From the human T2T-CHM13v2.0 reference genome, Homo sapiens: a stretch of DNA of 64,000 bases. The notes beneath the pieces are model-generated. The model had not been told where the DNA came from. It did not search any database and worked only from the letters and a program-made list of their open reading frames with translations. Position 1 is the stretch's first letter; every line of letters begins with the position of its first letter. The DNA is taken from contig CP086569.2 in NCBI GenBank assembly GCA_009914755.4, positions 11,744,001 to 11,808,000 of the forward strand, written 5' to 3'. Below, piece after piece: positions 1-15,400 of the stretch. A program made the translations under genes and the position numbers.

Positions 1-2460
1 ATTGAATGGAATGGAATGGAATGGAAAGGACTGGAATGGAATGGACTTGAATACAATGGACTGTAGTGGAATGAGCTCGAATGGAATGCAAAAGAATTGA
101 TTGGAATGGAACGAAATGGAATGGAAAGGAATAGAATGGAATGGAATCGGAAGGAATGGATTGGAATTGAATGGATTCGAATGGAATAGAATCAATTGTA
201 ATGGCATTGAATGGAATGGAATGGAATGTACTCGAAAGGAATAGATTCGAATGGAATAGAACCCAATGGAATGGCATCGAATGGAAAGGAATGGAATGGA
301 ATGGAAGCGAATGGACCCAAATGTAATGGACCCGAATGGAATGGACTCAAATAGAATGAACTCAAAATGAATGTTCTCGAATGGATTTTGTTCGAAGAGA
401 ATGAAATAAAATGGAATGCAATAGTATGGAATGGAATCGAATGGCTTGGAATCAAAAGGAATATTTTGGATGGGAAAGGACTGGAATAGAACAGACTCAA
501 ATTTAATGGATTGCAATGTAATTGATTCTAATGGAATGGAATCAAATGGAATGTAATCAAATGGAATGGAATGGAATGAAATGGAATAGAATAGAATGGA
601 ATGTTACCAAATGGAAGGGAATGGAATGCCATGAGATTTAAAACAATGGAATATAATAGAATGGAACAGCGGGAAATCGAGTGGAATGGAATTGAATGGA
701 ATGAAATGGAATCGAGTGGCCTACAATGGAATAGAACAGAATGCAATGGAGTGTAACAAAATGGAATGGAATGGATTGGAATCAAACGGAACAGAATGGA
801 ATGGAATGGACTTGAATGGAATGGAACCGATTGGAATGGAAATGAATGCAATCGTAAGGAAGTGAATGGAATGGAGTGTAATGCAATGATATCGAATGGA
901 ATGGAATGGAACGGAATCAAATGGAATGGAATGGAATGGAATGAACTCGAATGGAATGGAATGAAATGGAATGGACTCGAGTGGAATAGTCAGGAGTTGG
1001 ATGGAATCGAATGGAATGGAAACAAATAGAATGGAATGAAATGGGGTGTCCAAGAATGGAACAGATTAGCATGGAAAGGCATCGAATGGAATGGAATGGA
1101 CTGGAAACGACTGGAGCGAAAATTAAGTGAATCGAATGAAACTGACTAAATTAGAGTGGACTCGAAAGGAACGGTCTCGAATGGAATTTATTCGAATAGA
1201 TTGGAACCGAATGGAATGCAGTAGTATGGAATGGAATCGAATGGAAGGGAATTGAATGGAATGCACTGGAATGGAATGGACTGGAATTAAATGGACTAGA
1301 TTGTAATTTATTGCAATATAATTGATACGATTTCAATGGAATCAAATGGAATGTTATCAAATGGAATAGAGTTGAATGCATTGGAATGGAATAGAAGGGA
1401 ATCCATTCGAATGCAATGGAGTGGAATAGAGTAGAATGGAATCGAATGGAATGGAATCAAATGGAATGGAATGGACTCGAAAAGAATGGACAAGAAAAAA
1501 TGGAATCGAACATATTGGAATTGAAGGAATGGAAAGGAATGGAATGGAATGGACTCAAATGGAGTGGAGTTGAATGGAATGGAACCGAATGGAATGGAAT
1601 CGCATGGAATGGAATTGAATGGAATCAAAAAGAATAGAATGGAATGGAGTGTTATGGAAAGATACTGAATGGAATGGAATGGACTCGAATGGAATGGACA
1701 AGACAGGAATGGACTTGAATAATATGAACTGCAGTGAAATGGACTTGAATGGAATGGAAATGAATGGAATGGAATGAAAAGGAATAGAAATGCATAGAAT
1801 ACAATGGAATCGGATGGAATGGAAGGGAATGGAATGGAGTGGAATGGAATGGAATCAAATGGAATGTACTCGAGTGCAATAGAATGGAATGGAATGGATT
1901 TGAATGAAATGGGAATGAATGGAATGGTTTTGAATGGACCCAAATGTAACGGACTCTAATGGTATGGACTCAAATAGAATGCACTCGAAAGGAAGTGTCT
2001 CGAATGGAGTTGATTCCATTAGAATGGAATTAAATGGAATGCATTAGTATGGAATGGAATCAAATGGAATGGAATCGAATGGAGTGGAAAGGAATGGACT
2101 GGACTGGAAAAGAACGGAATAGAATGTAACGAATAGCAATGTAGTTAATTTGAAGGGAATGGAATCAAATGGAATAGAATCAAATGCAATGCAATGTAAT
2201 GCAATGAATGGGATAGAATGGGTTGCAATGGAATGGAACGGAGTGCAATCGAGTGGAATGGAATGGAATGGAAAGGAATGGAGTAGAAAGGATTGGACTG
2301 GAAGTAAATGGCATTAAACGAATTGTAATCGAATATTATGGAATGGAATGGAATGGAAAGGACTGAAACAAAATGGAACAGAACGGATTGGAATAGAACA
2401 GAACTGAATGGAATGGAATGGAATGGACTCGAATGGAATGGACTGGAATGGAATGGAATG

Positions 2461-3090
2461 GAACAAAATGGAATCAAATAGAATGGAAATGAGTGGAACG
2501 GAATGGAATGGACTCGAAAGGAATGGAGTCGAAAGGAATGGAATGGAATGGAATGTCATGGAATGGAATCGAAAGGAATAAAATGGAACAGAGTGTAGTG
2601 GAAAGATATCGAATGGAATGGAATGGAATCGAATGGAATGGACTGGAATGGAATGGATTCGAATGGAATGAAATGGAGTGGAATGGTCTCCAATGTAATG
2701 GAAATGAACGGAATGGATTGGAATGGATTCGAAAGAAATGGACTCGAATGCACTGGACTGGAATGGAATGCACTGGAACAAAATGGAATCAAATAGAATA
2801 GAAGTGAGTGGAACGGAATGGAATGGAATCGAATAGAATGGAGTCGAATGGAATGGAATGGAATGGAATGGAATGGAATCAAAAGGAATAAAATGGAACA
2901 GAGTGTAGTGGAAAGATATCGCATGGATTGGAATGGAATTGAATTGAATGGAATGGACTGGAATGAAATGGAATGAAATAGAATAGAACAAAATGAAGTG
3001 GTCTCGAATGGAATGGACTCAAATAGAATGGATTTGAAAGAAATGAATCGAATGGAATTTATTAGAATAGAATGGAAACAAGTGGAATGC
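2461..3090 (+). repeat. Local tandem duplication of about 312 bp (two copies) within the diverged flank.
   Basis: gaacaaaatggaatcaaatagaatgg...ataaaatggaacagagtgtagtggaaagatatcg occurs at about 2461-2610 and again at about 2776-2920. The internal marker ataaaatggaacagagtgtagtgg sits at about 2578 and 2888. Confidence 0.55.
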
Positions 3091-6000
3091 AATAGTATGG
3101 AATGGAAACGAATGGAATGGAATCGAAGGTTACGGACCGGAAAGGAATGGACTGGAATAGAAAGGACACTAATATAATGGATTAAAATGTAATTGATTTG
3201 AAAGTAGTGGAATCGAATGCGATGTAATCAAATGGAATGCAATGCAATGCAATGGAATGGAACGAAGTGGAATCGAGAGAATGGAATCGTATGAAATGGA
3301 ATCGAATGAAATGGACTCGAATGAAATGGACTGAAAAAGATGGAATCAAAGAGACTGGAATAAAAAGGAACGGAATTGAATGTAATGGAATGGAAAGGAA
3401 TCAAAAGGAATGGAGACCAACGGAATTGAATCGAGTGGAATGGAATGGAAAGGAATAGAATGGAATTGAATCAGATGGAATGGAATGGAATGGAATACAA
3501 TGGAATGGAGTCGAATGTAATGGACTGGGACAAAATGGAATAGGACGGATTGTAATCAAATGGAAAGGAATAGAATGGACTGGATAGGAATGGATTCAAT
3601 TGGAATGGACTGGAATGGAATGGACTCGTATGGAAAGGACTAGAATTGAATGGAATAGAATGGAATGGAAATGAATGGAATGGTAAGGAAAGGAATGCAG
3701 TGGAATGGAATGGAATGGAATAAAAGGGAATGGGATCATATGGAAAGGAATGTAATGTAATAGCCTCTAATGGAATAGAATGGAAAGGAATAATATTGAA
3801 AGGAATGGAATAGATTGGAATGGCATGGAATGGAATGGACTCGAATGGAATGGACTCAAATGCAATAGCATCAAATGCAATGGCATTGAATGGAATGGAA
3901 TGGAATGGACTCACATGGAATCGAGTCAAATTAAATAGAATCTAATTGAATGGAATTGAATGGAATCGTAAGAATCAAATGGACTGCAGTGTGATGTAAA
4001 GATACCGAATACAATGGAATGGACTCGATTGCAATTTACTGGAATGGAATGGACTAGAATGGACTGGACTGGAGTGGAATGGACTCGAATGGAATGGAAA
4101 CTAATGGAATGGAATGGATCGGGATGGAATAAAATAGAATGTAATGGGATGGAGTGGAATGGAATGGAGTGGAAAGGATTCGAATGGAATAGAATAGAAT
4201 GGAATGGCAATGAATCAAATGGAATGGCATGCAATGGAATGGACTGTAACGGAATGTACTCGAATTGAATAGCATTGAATGTAATGGCATCAAATAGAAT
4301 GGAAAGGAATGGAATGGAATGGAATGTATTGAAATTTACTTTATTTGAATGCAGTGGAATCAAATAGAATGGACTCGAAAGAATGGACTCGGATGGGAAA
4401 TATTTGAATAGAAAGGAATCAAAAGGATTGCAGTACTGTGCAATTGAATCGAATGGAATTGAATCGAATAGAATGGTCCAGAATGGAATAGATTGGAATA
4501 TTTCATGAAATGCAATATAATTGATATGAATGGAATGGAATCGAATGCAATGTAATCAAACGGAATGGAGAGGAGTGCAATGGAATGGAAGAGAATGGAA
4601 TGCAATGGAAGGGAATGGAGTGGAATCGAGTAGAATGGAATAGAATGGAATGGACTGGAATGGAATGGACTCGAATGTAATTGACTGGAACAAAATGCTA
4701 TCAAACGGATTGGAATCAAATGGAATAGAATGGAATGGAATGGAGTAGAACGAAATGGCATCGAATGGAATGGAAACGGATGGAATGGAATTGAATGGAG
4801 TTGAAAGGATTAGAATGGAATGGAGTGAAATGGAAAGATATCGAATGGCATGGAATGCAACTAAATGGACACAAATTGAATGGAAAATAATGGAATAGAC
4901 TCTAATGGAATGCACGGGAGTGGAATGGAGTCGAATGGAATGGAAAAGAATGGAATGGAATGGAATGGAATGGAATGGAATGGAATAAAATATAATTGAA
5001 TGGAACACAATGGAAAGTAATAGAATGAAATGGAAGTGGATGGTATGCAATAGAACGGAGTGGAGACGAACGGAATAGAATTGAATGTAATGGCGTTGAA
5101 TGGAAGAGAATGGACTCAAATGGAATGGACTTGAATGGAATAGAAAGAGATGGAATGGCATGGAATGGCATGGAATGGAATGGACACAAATGTAAAGGAA
5201 TCAAACAGAATGGAGTTGAAAGGAATGGTCTCGAAAGGCAATTGTTCGTATAGAATTGAATCGACTGGAATACACTTTTATGATATGTAATAGAATAGAA
5301 AGGAATCGAATGAAATGGACAGGAACGGAATATACTGGAATAGAAAGGACTCTATTGTAATGAGCTACAAAGAAATAGATTCGAATGGAATGGAATCGAA
5401 TGTAATGTACTGAAATTGAATGGAATGGAATGCAATGGAATGGAATAAAATGGAATGCAATGAAATGGAATGGATTGCAATCGAGTGGAATTGAATCGAA
5501 GGGAATGGATTTCAATGGAATGGAGTAGATTGGAATATACTGGAATGATACAGACTCGAATGGAATGGAATGGAAAAATGGAATCGAACGAGTAGGAATC
5601 AAACGGAATGGAAAGGAATGCAACGGAATGGAATGGCTTCAAAAGGAATTGAGTCGAATGGAATGGAATCAAAGTGAAAGGAATCGAAAGGAATGCAAGG
5701 GAATAGCATAAAAGGAATTTAATGGAAAGATATTGAATGGAACAGAATGGAATGGAATCGAATGGAATGGACTTCAATGAAATGGTCTTGAATGGAAAGG
5801 AGTGAACTGGAATGGACTCGAAAGAAATGGAAACGGATGGAATGGAATGGAAGGGAAAGGAATAGAATGGAATAGAAACGGCTGGAACAGAATGAAATGG
5901 AATGGAGTCGAATGGATTATAATCAAATGGAATGGCATCGAATGAAATAGAAAGGAAAGACTCGAATGGAATGGAAACGAATGGAATGGAATAGAATGGA

Positions 6001-6559
6001 ATGGAACCAGATGGAACAGAATGGAATGGAATGGACTCGAATGCAATAGAATCAAATGGAATGGCATTGAATGGAAGGGAATGGAATGGACTCGAATGGA
6101 ATGGACTCAAATGGAATAGAATAGAATTTAATGGAATAGAATGGATTGGAAGGAATGGAATGTACTCGAATGGAATGGAGACGAATGGAATATAATCGAA
6201 TGGAATGGACTGGAGTTGAAAGGACACGAATGGAATGGAAATTAAAGGAAAGGAATGGAATGGAAAGGAATGGAAAGGAAAGGAATAGAATGCATGTAAT
6301 TGGATGTAACGGAAATGAATAGAAAGGAGTGAAATGGAATAGAATAAAATGGAATGGCACCGAAGAGAAGGGTATCGAATATAATGGAATGTAATTTAAT
6401 GGAATGCACCCGAATATAATCGACTCCAATGGAATAGAATAGAATGGAATATCATGGAATGAAATGGAATGGAATGGAATGGAATGGAATGGAATGGAAT
6501 GGAATGGAATACAATGGAATGGAGTGGAATGGAATGGAATGGAGTGTAATGGAATGGAA

Positions 6560-7620
6560 TGGAATAGACTCAAATGTAATGGACTCGAATCCAAGGCAGT
6601 CAAATAGAACGGACTCCAAAGGAATGGCCTCGAATGGAGTTAATTTGAATAGAGAGGAATGGAATGGAATACGATAGTATGGAAAATAATCGAATGTAAA
6701 GGTATCAAATGGAAAGGAAGGCAATGGAATGGAATGGTCTGAAATAGAATGGACTTGAATGTACTTGATAGCGGTGTAGTTGAAACGAATGGAATGGATC
6801 GAAAAAATATAATCAAATGGAATGGAATAGAGTGCAATAGAATGGAATAGAAAGGAGTGCAATTGAATAGAATGGAGTGGAATGGAGTGAAAAGGAATCA
6901 AATGGAATGGAATCGAATGGTAGGGTCTGGAAAGCAATGTATCCAAATGGAATGGAAGGGAAAAAAATGCAATTGAACGGCTTAGAATCGATCAGAATGG
7001 AATGGATTGGAATGGAGTCGAATGGAATGGAGTCGAATAGAATGGAATGGCATGGAACGGTATAGAATGGAATGGAATGGAATGGAATGGAATAGACCCA
7101 AATGTAATGGACTCGAATCAAAGGGACTCAAATAGAATGGACTCGAAAGGAATGGCCTCGAATGGAGTTGATTTGATTAGAATTGAAAGGAATGGAATAC
7201 AATAGTATGGAAAGGAATCGAATGGACCGGCATCAAATGGAAAGGAAGGCAATGGAATGGACTGGAATAGAACGGACTCGAATGTACTGGATAGCGGTGT
7301 ATTTGAAACGAATGGAATGGAATCGAAACAATGTAATCAAAGGGAATGGAATGGACTGCAATGGAATGGAACAGAAAGGAATGCAATGGAATGGAATGGA
7401 GTGGAATTGAGTGAAAGGGAATCGAATGGAATGGAATCGAATGGGATGATCTGGAATGGAATGTATCTGAATGGAATGGAAGGGAAAAAAATGCAATCGA
7501 ACGGCTTAGAACCGTACAGAATGGAATCGATTGGAATGGAGTCGAATGGAACGGAATCCAAAGGAATGCACTCTAATGGAATGAGAATGAATGGAGTCAA
7601 AAGGAATAGAATGGAATCGA
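6560..7620 (+). repeat. Local tandem duplication of about 528 bp (two copies) within the diverged flank.
   Basis: atagac[t/c]caaatgtaatggactcgaatc starts at about 6566 and about 7093. gggaaaaaaatgcaat[t/c]gaacggcttagaa occurs at about 6958 and about 7486. cttgatagcggtgtagttgaaacgaatgg occurs at about 6765 and about 7290. The ORF peptides NGMEGKKMQLNGLE and NGMEGKKMQSNGLE recur. Confidence 0.65.
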
Positions 7621-8649
7621 GTGTATTGGAAAGATATCGAATGGATTGGAAAGGAATTGATTCGAATGGAATGCACTCGAATGCAATCCAGTGGAGTGGA
7701 ATGGACGAGAATGGAAAGGAAATAAACGGAATAGGAAGGAAAGGAATGGAATGGAATGGAACTCTATGGAAACGAATAGAATTAAATGGAATCGGTTGGA
7801 ATGGAATGGAAGGGAATGGAGTCTAATAGAATAGAATCGAATGGAATGGCATTGAATCGAATGGAATTGAAGGGAGTTGACTCGAATGGGAAGGACCCCA
7901 ATGGAATTGAATTGAATGGAAAGGCATCGAATTAAATCGAAAAGAATGGAATGGAGTGAACTGAAATGGAATGGATTCGAATGGAATAGACTAGAATGGT
8001 ATGGCATCGAAGGGAAAGGAATGGAATGGAATGGAATGGTATGGACCGAAATGTAATGGACTGTACTCAAATATAATGGATTTGAAAGGAATGGTCTCAA
8101 AACAATTCATTCGATTAGAATGGAATCGAATTTAATGAAATAGTATTTAATAGATTCTAAGGGAATAGATTCCAATGGAAGGCACCAGAATGGAATGGAA
8201 ATTAATAGAACAGACAGAAATGTAATGGATTTCAATGTAATTACTATGAATGGAATGGAATCGGTTTTAATGCAATCAAATGGAATGGAAACTTATGCAA
8301 TGGAATGGAATAGAATGTAATGCAATGAAATGGAACGGAGTGGAATCGAGTGTAATGGATTCCAATGAAATGGCAACCAATGGAATCGAATCGAATGTAA
8401 TGGACACGAATTGAATGGAATGGAAAAATATGCAATCGAACGAATTGGAATCGAACGAAATGGAACGGAATGGAACGGAAGGTACTCGAATGGAATGGAA
8501 TCTAGTTTAATAGAATCGAATGGAATGGCATCGATTGGAAAGGAATGGAATGGAATGGACTCGAATGTAATGGACACGAATGGAATGGAATGGAATGGAA
8601 TGGAATGGAATGGAATGGAATGGAATGGAATGCACCCAAATGTAATGAA

Positions 8650-11600
8650 CTCTAATGAAATGGACTTTAATAGAATGGATTAGAAAACAATGGGCTCGAA
8701 TGGAATTTAATCAAGTTGAATGGAATGGAATGGAATGGAATGCAAAACTATGGAATAGCATCAAATGGAATGGAATAGAATGGAGTGGAATGGAATGAAA
8801 TACACAGGTATAGAACAGACTCGAATATAATGGATTGCAATGTAAGTGATTCAAATGGAATGGAATAAAATGGAATATAATCAAATGGAATGGAATGGAG
8901 TGCATTGGAATGGAATAAAATGGAATGCAAACAATGGAAGAGAACTCAGTTGAATCTAGAGGAATGGAATCGAATGCAATGGAAAAGAATGGAATGGACA
9001 CGAATGGAATGGATTGGAAACAAATGGAATGGAAAGGATTTTAATCAAACAGAACAAAATAGAATGCAATGGACTCGAATGAAACGGAGTCGAAGAGAAT
9101 AGAATCAAATGGAAAGGAATCGAATGCAATCGAACCGAATGGAATGTGAATGAAGTTAATTGAAAGAAATAGAATGGAATGAAGTGTAATGGAAAGATAT
9201 CGAATTGAATGGAATTGAATGGAATGGACACAAACGGAAAGGACTGGAATGGAATGAACTTGAAAGGAATAGAATGGAGCGGAATGGACTCGAGTGAATT
9301 GGAATCGAATGGTATAGAATAGAATGGAATGCAAAGAAAAGGAATAGAAGGGAATGGAATCGGATATAACGGGACAGATTGGAATGGGGTAGAATTGAAT
9401 AGAATCGAAAGGAATGTCATCGAATGTAATGGAATGGAATGGACTCGAATGGAATGGAGTGACATGTAATGGAATCTAAAGGAATGGAATCGAATAAAAT
9501 GGAATTGAATGGAATAGAAAGGAATAGAATGGAATGGAGTTTAATGGAAAGATATTAAAAGTAATGGAATGGAATTGAGTGGACACGAATGGAATGGACT
9601 GGAATGGAAAGGACTCGAATGAAATGGAGCGCATTAGAATGGACTCTAATGGAATGGATTGGAGTTGAATGGTCTCGAATGGATTGGAAACGAATGGAAA
9701 GGAAAGGAATAGAATGGAATGTAATCAAATGGAACGAAAAGGAATGGAATGGATTAGACTGGAACAGAATTGAATGGAGTGGAATTGAATGGAATGGAAT
9801 GCAATCGAACGGAATGGACACGAATGGAATAGAATGAAATGAAATGGCATAGAATGGAATGGAATGGAATGGAATGGAATGGAATGGAATGGAATGGCAT
9901 GGAATGGAATGCAATGGAATGAAATGGATTGGAATGGGACGGACCCAAAAGTAATGGACTCAAATAAAAGGGACTCAAATAGAATGAATTGGAAAGAAAA
10001 GGTCTCGAATGTAATTTATTCGAATAGAAAGATATTGAATGGAATGCAAAAGTATGCAATGGTATCGAATAGAATGGAATAGAATGGAATGGAATGGAAC
10101 GGAATGCAGTGCATTTGAACAGACACAAATGCAATAAATTGCAATATAATTGATTCAAATGGAATGGAATCAAATAGAATGCAAACAAATGGAATGGAAG
10201 GCAATGCAATGGAAAGGAATAGAATGAAATGGAATAAATAGAATGGAATCGAATGGAAAGGACGCGAATATAATGGACTGTTAAGGAAAGGTCTCGAATT
10301 GAATTTATTCCAATCGAATGGAATGCAATGCTATTTAATCGAATCGAACGGAATGGAATAGAATGGAATGGACAGGAATGTAATGAACTGGAAGTGAATG
10401 GACAAGAACGTAATATATTGCAGTGTAATTTATTCAAATGGAATGGAATGCAATCGAATGGAATGGACTCGATTGGAATGGACTGGAGTGGAATGGACTC
10501 AAATGGAATGGAAACGAATGTAATGGAATGGAACGGAAAGCAAAGGAATCTACTGGAATAGAATCGAACGGAACAGAAAGGAATGGAATGGAATGGAGCG
10601 GAATGGACTCGAATGGAATGTATTCGAATGTAATGGACCTGAAGGGAATGGAATCCAATGGAATGGAATTGAATGGAATCAAAAGGAATAGAAACGAATA
10701 GAGTGTAATTGAATGATATCGAAAGGAAGAGAATGGAATGAACTCGAATGGAATGCACTGGAATGGAATGGACTTGATCAGAACGGACTGGAGAGGAATG
10801 TACACAAATGGAATAGAAACGAGTGGAATGGAATGAAATGGAATAGAATGAAATGGAATTGAAAGGAACTGAATCAAATGGAATCAAAAGGAATGGAATG
10901 GATTGGAATAGAATGGATTCAAATAAAATAGAATCGATTGGAATGGTATTCAATGGAAGGGACTTGAATGGAATGGAAAGCAATGGAAGATATTGGAATC
11001 GAATGGCATCGAATGAAATGGAATGGAACGGAATGGAACGGAACCGAATGGAATGGAATGGACTCAAATGTAATGGACTCGTATGTAATCGAATGAAATA
11101 TAATAGACTCGAAAGGAATGGACTCGAGCGGAATTTATTTGAATAGAATGGAATCAATTGGAATACAATAGTATTGAAAGGAATAGAATCGAATGGAATC
11201 GAATGGAATGTAATAAAATGGAATGGCAAGGAATTCAATATAATGGAATAGACTGGAATGCACTGGAAAGGAGCAGGGTGGAATCGAGTGTAATGGAATC
11301 AAAGGGAATGAAATCGAATTGAATGGACTTGAATGGAATTGACTCGAAAGGAATTGACTCGAAAGGAATGGACTGGAACAAAAAGGAATCAAATGGACAG
11401 GAATGGAATGGACTCGAATGGAATGGAGTGAAATGCAAACGCATCGAATGGAATGGATTCAAATGGAATGCAATTGAATGGAATAGAAAGGAAGAGAATG
11501 GAATTGAGAGTAATGGAAAGATATCGATTGGAATGAAATGGAATGGAAAGGAATTGAATGGAAAGGAATGGACTCGAAAGAAATGGATTGCAATGGAATG

Positions 11601-12460
11601 GTCTCCAACGGAGTGGACTGGAGGGGAATGGAATCGAATGGAATGAAAAGAATGGAACGGAATGGAACGGAAAGGAATAGAATGTTATGGAATCCGATTG
11701 GACAGAATGGAATGGAATGGAGTTTCATGAAATGGAGTCGAATAGAGTGGCATCAAAAGGAATGGAATGGAATGGAGTGGACTCAAAAGGAATGGACTCG
11801 AAAGGAATGGAGTCGAACCAAATTGAATGAAATGGATTGGAGTCGAACAGAATGGAATGGAATGGAATGAACTCGACTGGAGTAGAGAGGAATGTAAAGG
11901 AATAGAATGGAATGTAATCAAATGGATTGCAAGTGAATGGAATCAAAAATAATAGAAAGGAATGGAGTGTAAAGGGATGATATTGAATATAATGGAATAG
12001 AATGGAATTTAATGGAATGGAGACGAAGGAATGGACAGGAATGTAATGGACGCCAATGGAATGGAATGGATCAAAATGGATTTGAACAGATTGGAATCGA
12101 ACGGAATGGAATGTAATGGAATGGAATGGACTCGAATGGAGAAGAGACAAATGGAATGGAAACGAATTCAATGGAATTGAAAAGAATAGGATGGAATGGC
12201 GTGTAATGGTAAGATACTAAATGGAATGGAATTGAACGGAATGTAATGGAATGGAACCAAATGTAATGCACTCGAATGGAATATACTGAAATAGAATGGA
12301 ATCGAAAGGAAAGGTCTCAAATGGAATTTATTCAATACAATGGATTCGAATGGAAAGCTATAGAATTGAATGGAATCGAATGTAATGGAATCAAATAGAA
12401 TGAACCAGAATGGAATGGACTGCCATAGAACGGACTGCAGTGTAATGGATTGAATTCTAA
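8650..12460 (+). repeat. Diverged, partial (about 3.8-kb) older copy of the 5.6-kb HOR.
   Basis: tcgaatataatggattgcaa[t/a]gtaa[g/t]tgattcaaa sits at 8821 and 12641. The ORF peptides at 8748 (MHSILFHSNALHSIPFDYIPFYSIPFESLTLQSIIFESV), 9589 (MEWTGMERTRMKWSALEWT), 10328 and 10853 are diverged homologues of HOR peptides at 12466, 15116, 15885 and 16299. Spacings of about 5.53-5.57 kb match the downstream copies. Confidence 0.5.
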
Positions 12461-15400
12461 TTCATTCAAATGGAATGGAATTGAATGGAATGGAATCCAA
12501 TGGAATGGATAGGATTGTACTGCAATGGAATAGAATGGAATGCAACGGAGTGGAATGGAGTTGAATGAAGTGGAATGGAATCGATTGGAATGGAATCAAA
12601 TGGAATGGACGGGAATGGAATGGACTGGAAGAGAACAGACTCGAATATAATGGATTGCAAAGTAATTGATTCAAACGGAATGGAATCGAATGGAATGTAA
12701 TAAAATTGAAGGGAATTGAGTTCAATGCAATGGAATAGAATGGAATGCAAAGGAAAGGAAAGGTACGGAGTGAAACCGAGTGTAATGGAATCGAAGGGAA
12801 TGACATCGAATGGAATGGACTCAAAAGAAATGGACGAGGGACAAAACGGAATCGAACTGATTGGAATCGAACGGAACGGAATGGAATGGAATGGTCTCCA
12901 TTGGATCGCAGTAGAACGGATTGGAATGGAATGGAATGAAATGGAATGGAAAGGAATAGAATGGAATGGAATGGAATGGAAGGAAATGGAAAGATATCGA
13001 ACGGATTGGAAAGGAATGGAATGGACCCTAATGGAATGGAATGGAATTCAACAGAAACGAATGGAATGGACTGGAGTGTAATGGAGTCGAATGTAATTGA
13101 CTGGAGTGGAATGGACTCGAATAGAATGGACTGGAATGGATTGAACTCGAATGGAGTGGAAAGGAATAAAATGGATTCCACCAGATTGGAATGGAACAGA
13201 ATGTAATGTAATGGAATGGAATACAATGGAATAGCACGAATGGAATGGAGTCGAACGCAATGGAACAGAAAGGAAAGGAATTGAATGGAATTGAAAGTAA
13301 CAAAATAAAATGGAGTGCAAAGGAAAGATATCGAACGGAATAGATCGAAAAGAAATAGAATGGAATGGACAGGAATGGAATGGAATAGAATGGAATAGAC
13401 TGGCCTGCAATGAAAACGAATGGAATGGAAACGAATGGAATGGAATGGAAAGGAATGGAGTAGAATAAATACTATGGAATGGAATGGAGGCGAAAGGAAA
13501 AGAATGGATTGGAATGTCACCGAATGGAAAGATACGGAATGGAAAGGAATGGATACGAATGGAATGGAATAGAAAGGAACGGAAAGGTAAAGAATGGAAT
13601 GGAATCGGATAGAATGGAATGCAATGTAATGGAGTCGAAGGGAAAGTAAACGAGTAGAATGATATCGAATGGAATGGAATTTAATGGAATGGAATGGAAT
13701 GGAATGGACTCGAATGGAATGTACTCAAATGGATTAGAATAGAATGGAATGGAACTAAACGTAATGAACTCGAATGGAATGGACACAAATAGAATGGAAG
13801 AGAAAGGAATGGTATTGAATGGAATTTATTCGAATAGAGTGGAATTCAATGGAATGCAAGAGTGTGGCATGGAATCAAATGGAATGGAATCGAATGGAAT
13901 GGACCTGAGTGGAATGGACTCACATAGAACAGCCTCGAATGTAATGGATTACAATATATTAGATTCGAAAGGACTGAAATCGAATGGAATGTAATCAAGT
14001 AGAACGGAATTGAATGCATGGAATGGCATAGAAAGTAATGCAATGGAATGGAATAGACTGGAATCGAATGGAATCGGATGGAATGTAATGAAATATAATG
14101 GAAGGAATGCCATGGAATGGAATGGAATGGAATGCAATGGGACGGTGTATAATGGAGTGCAATGGATTTCAGTGGAATGTAGTCAAAAGGAAAGAAATAG
14201 AATGGAATTCAATATAATGGAATGGCATCCAAAGGCAAGGAATGGAGCGGACTCCAATGGAAACGACATGAAAGGAATATAATATAACGGAATGGCATTG
14301 AAGGAAATGGAATGCAATGGAGTTAAAAGGTAAAATATCGAAAGGAAAAGAATTGAATGGACTCGAATGGAATATAATGGAATGGAATGGACTCGAATGG
14401 AATGTACTAGAGTTGAATGGAAACGAATGGAATGGAAAACAATGGAAAGGAAAGGAAAGGAATTGAAAGGAAAGGAATAGAATGGAATGGAATCGGATGG
14501 AACGGAATTGAATGGAATGGAAACTAAAGGAATAGAATAGAAAGGAATGGCATTGAATGGAATGGAATGGAATGGAATCAGATGGAATAGAAAGTAAAGG
14601 AATAGAATCGAATGGAATGGCATCGAAAGGATTGGAATGGAATGTAATGGAATGGAATAGAAAGGAATGGAATGGACTCGAATGGAATGTAGTCAAATAG
14701 AATACAATAGAATGGAATAGAAGTAAATATAATGGACTCGAATGGAATGCATTGGAATAAATTGGAATTGAGTGTATTGGATTCGAATGGAAAGGAATGG
14801 AATGGAATAGAATGGAATGGATACGAATGGAATGGAATCGAATGGAATGGAACGAATTGGAATGTAATTGAATGGAGTCAAAAACAGTAGAAAGAAATGA
14901 AGTTTAATCGAATGATATCGAATGGAATTGAGTGGAATGTACGCGAATGGAATGGACTCGAATGGAATGCAGTGAAATGTAACGGAATCGAAAGGAATGG
15001 AATCCAATGAAATGGAATTGAATGGAATAGAAAGGAATACAATGGAATGGAGTTTAATGGAAAGATATTAAAATAATGGAATGGAATTGAGTGGACACGA
15101 AAGGAATGCACTGGAATGGAAAGGACTCGAATGAAATGGAGCGCATTAGAATGGACTCGAATGGAATGGATTGGAGTGGAATGGTCTCGAATGGATTGGA
15201 AACGAATGGAATGGAAAGGTATAGAATGGAATGTAATCAAATGGAACGAAATGGAATGGAATGGATTCGACTGGAACAGAATTGAATGTAGTGGAATTGA
15301 ATGGAATGGAATGCAATCAAATGGAATGGACACGAATCGAATAGAATGAAATGAAATAGCCTAGAATGGAATGAAATGGAATGGAATGGAATGGAACGGA

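Larger units (their letters stand above)
1..8650 (+). repeat. Diverged, largely monomeric HSat3-like flank. No 5.6-kb higher-order periodicity is detectable, only short local duplications.
   Basis: None of the ORF-track marker peptides that recur every about 5.6 kb downstream (for example MELNVMNSNGMDTNRMEEKG and MKLHSIPFCPIGFHNILF) appear here. The (GGAAT)n runs are shorter and carry many private variants. Confidence 0.6.
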
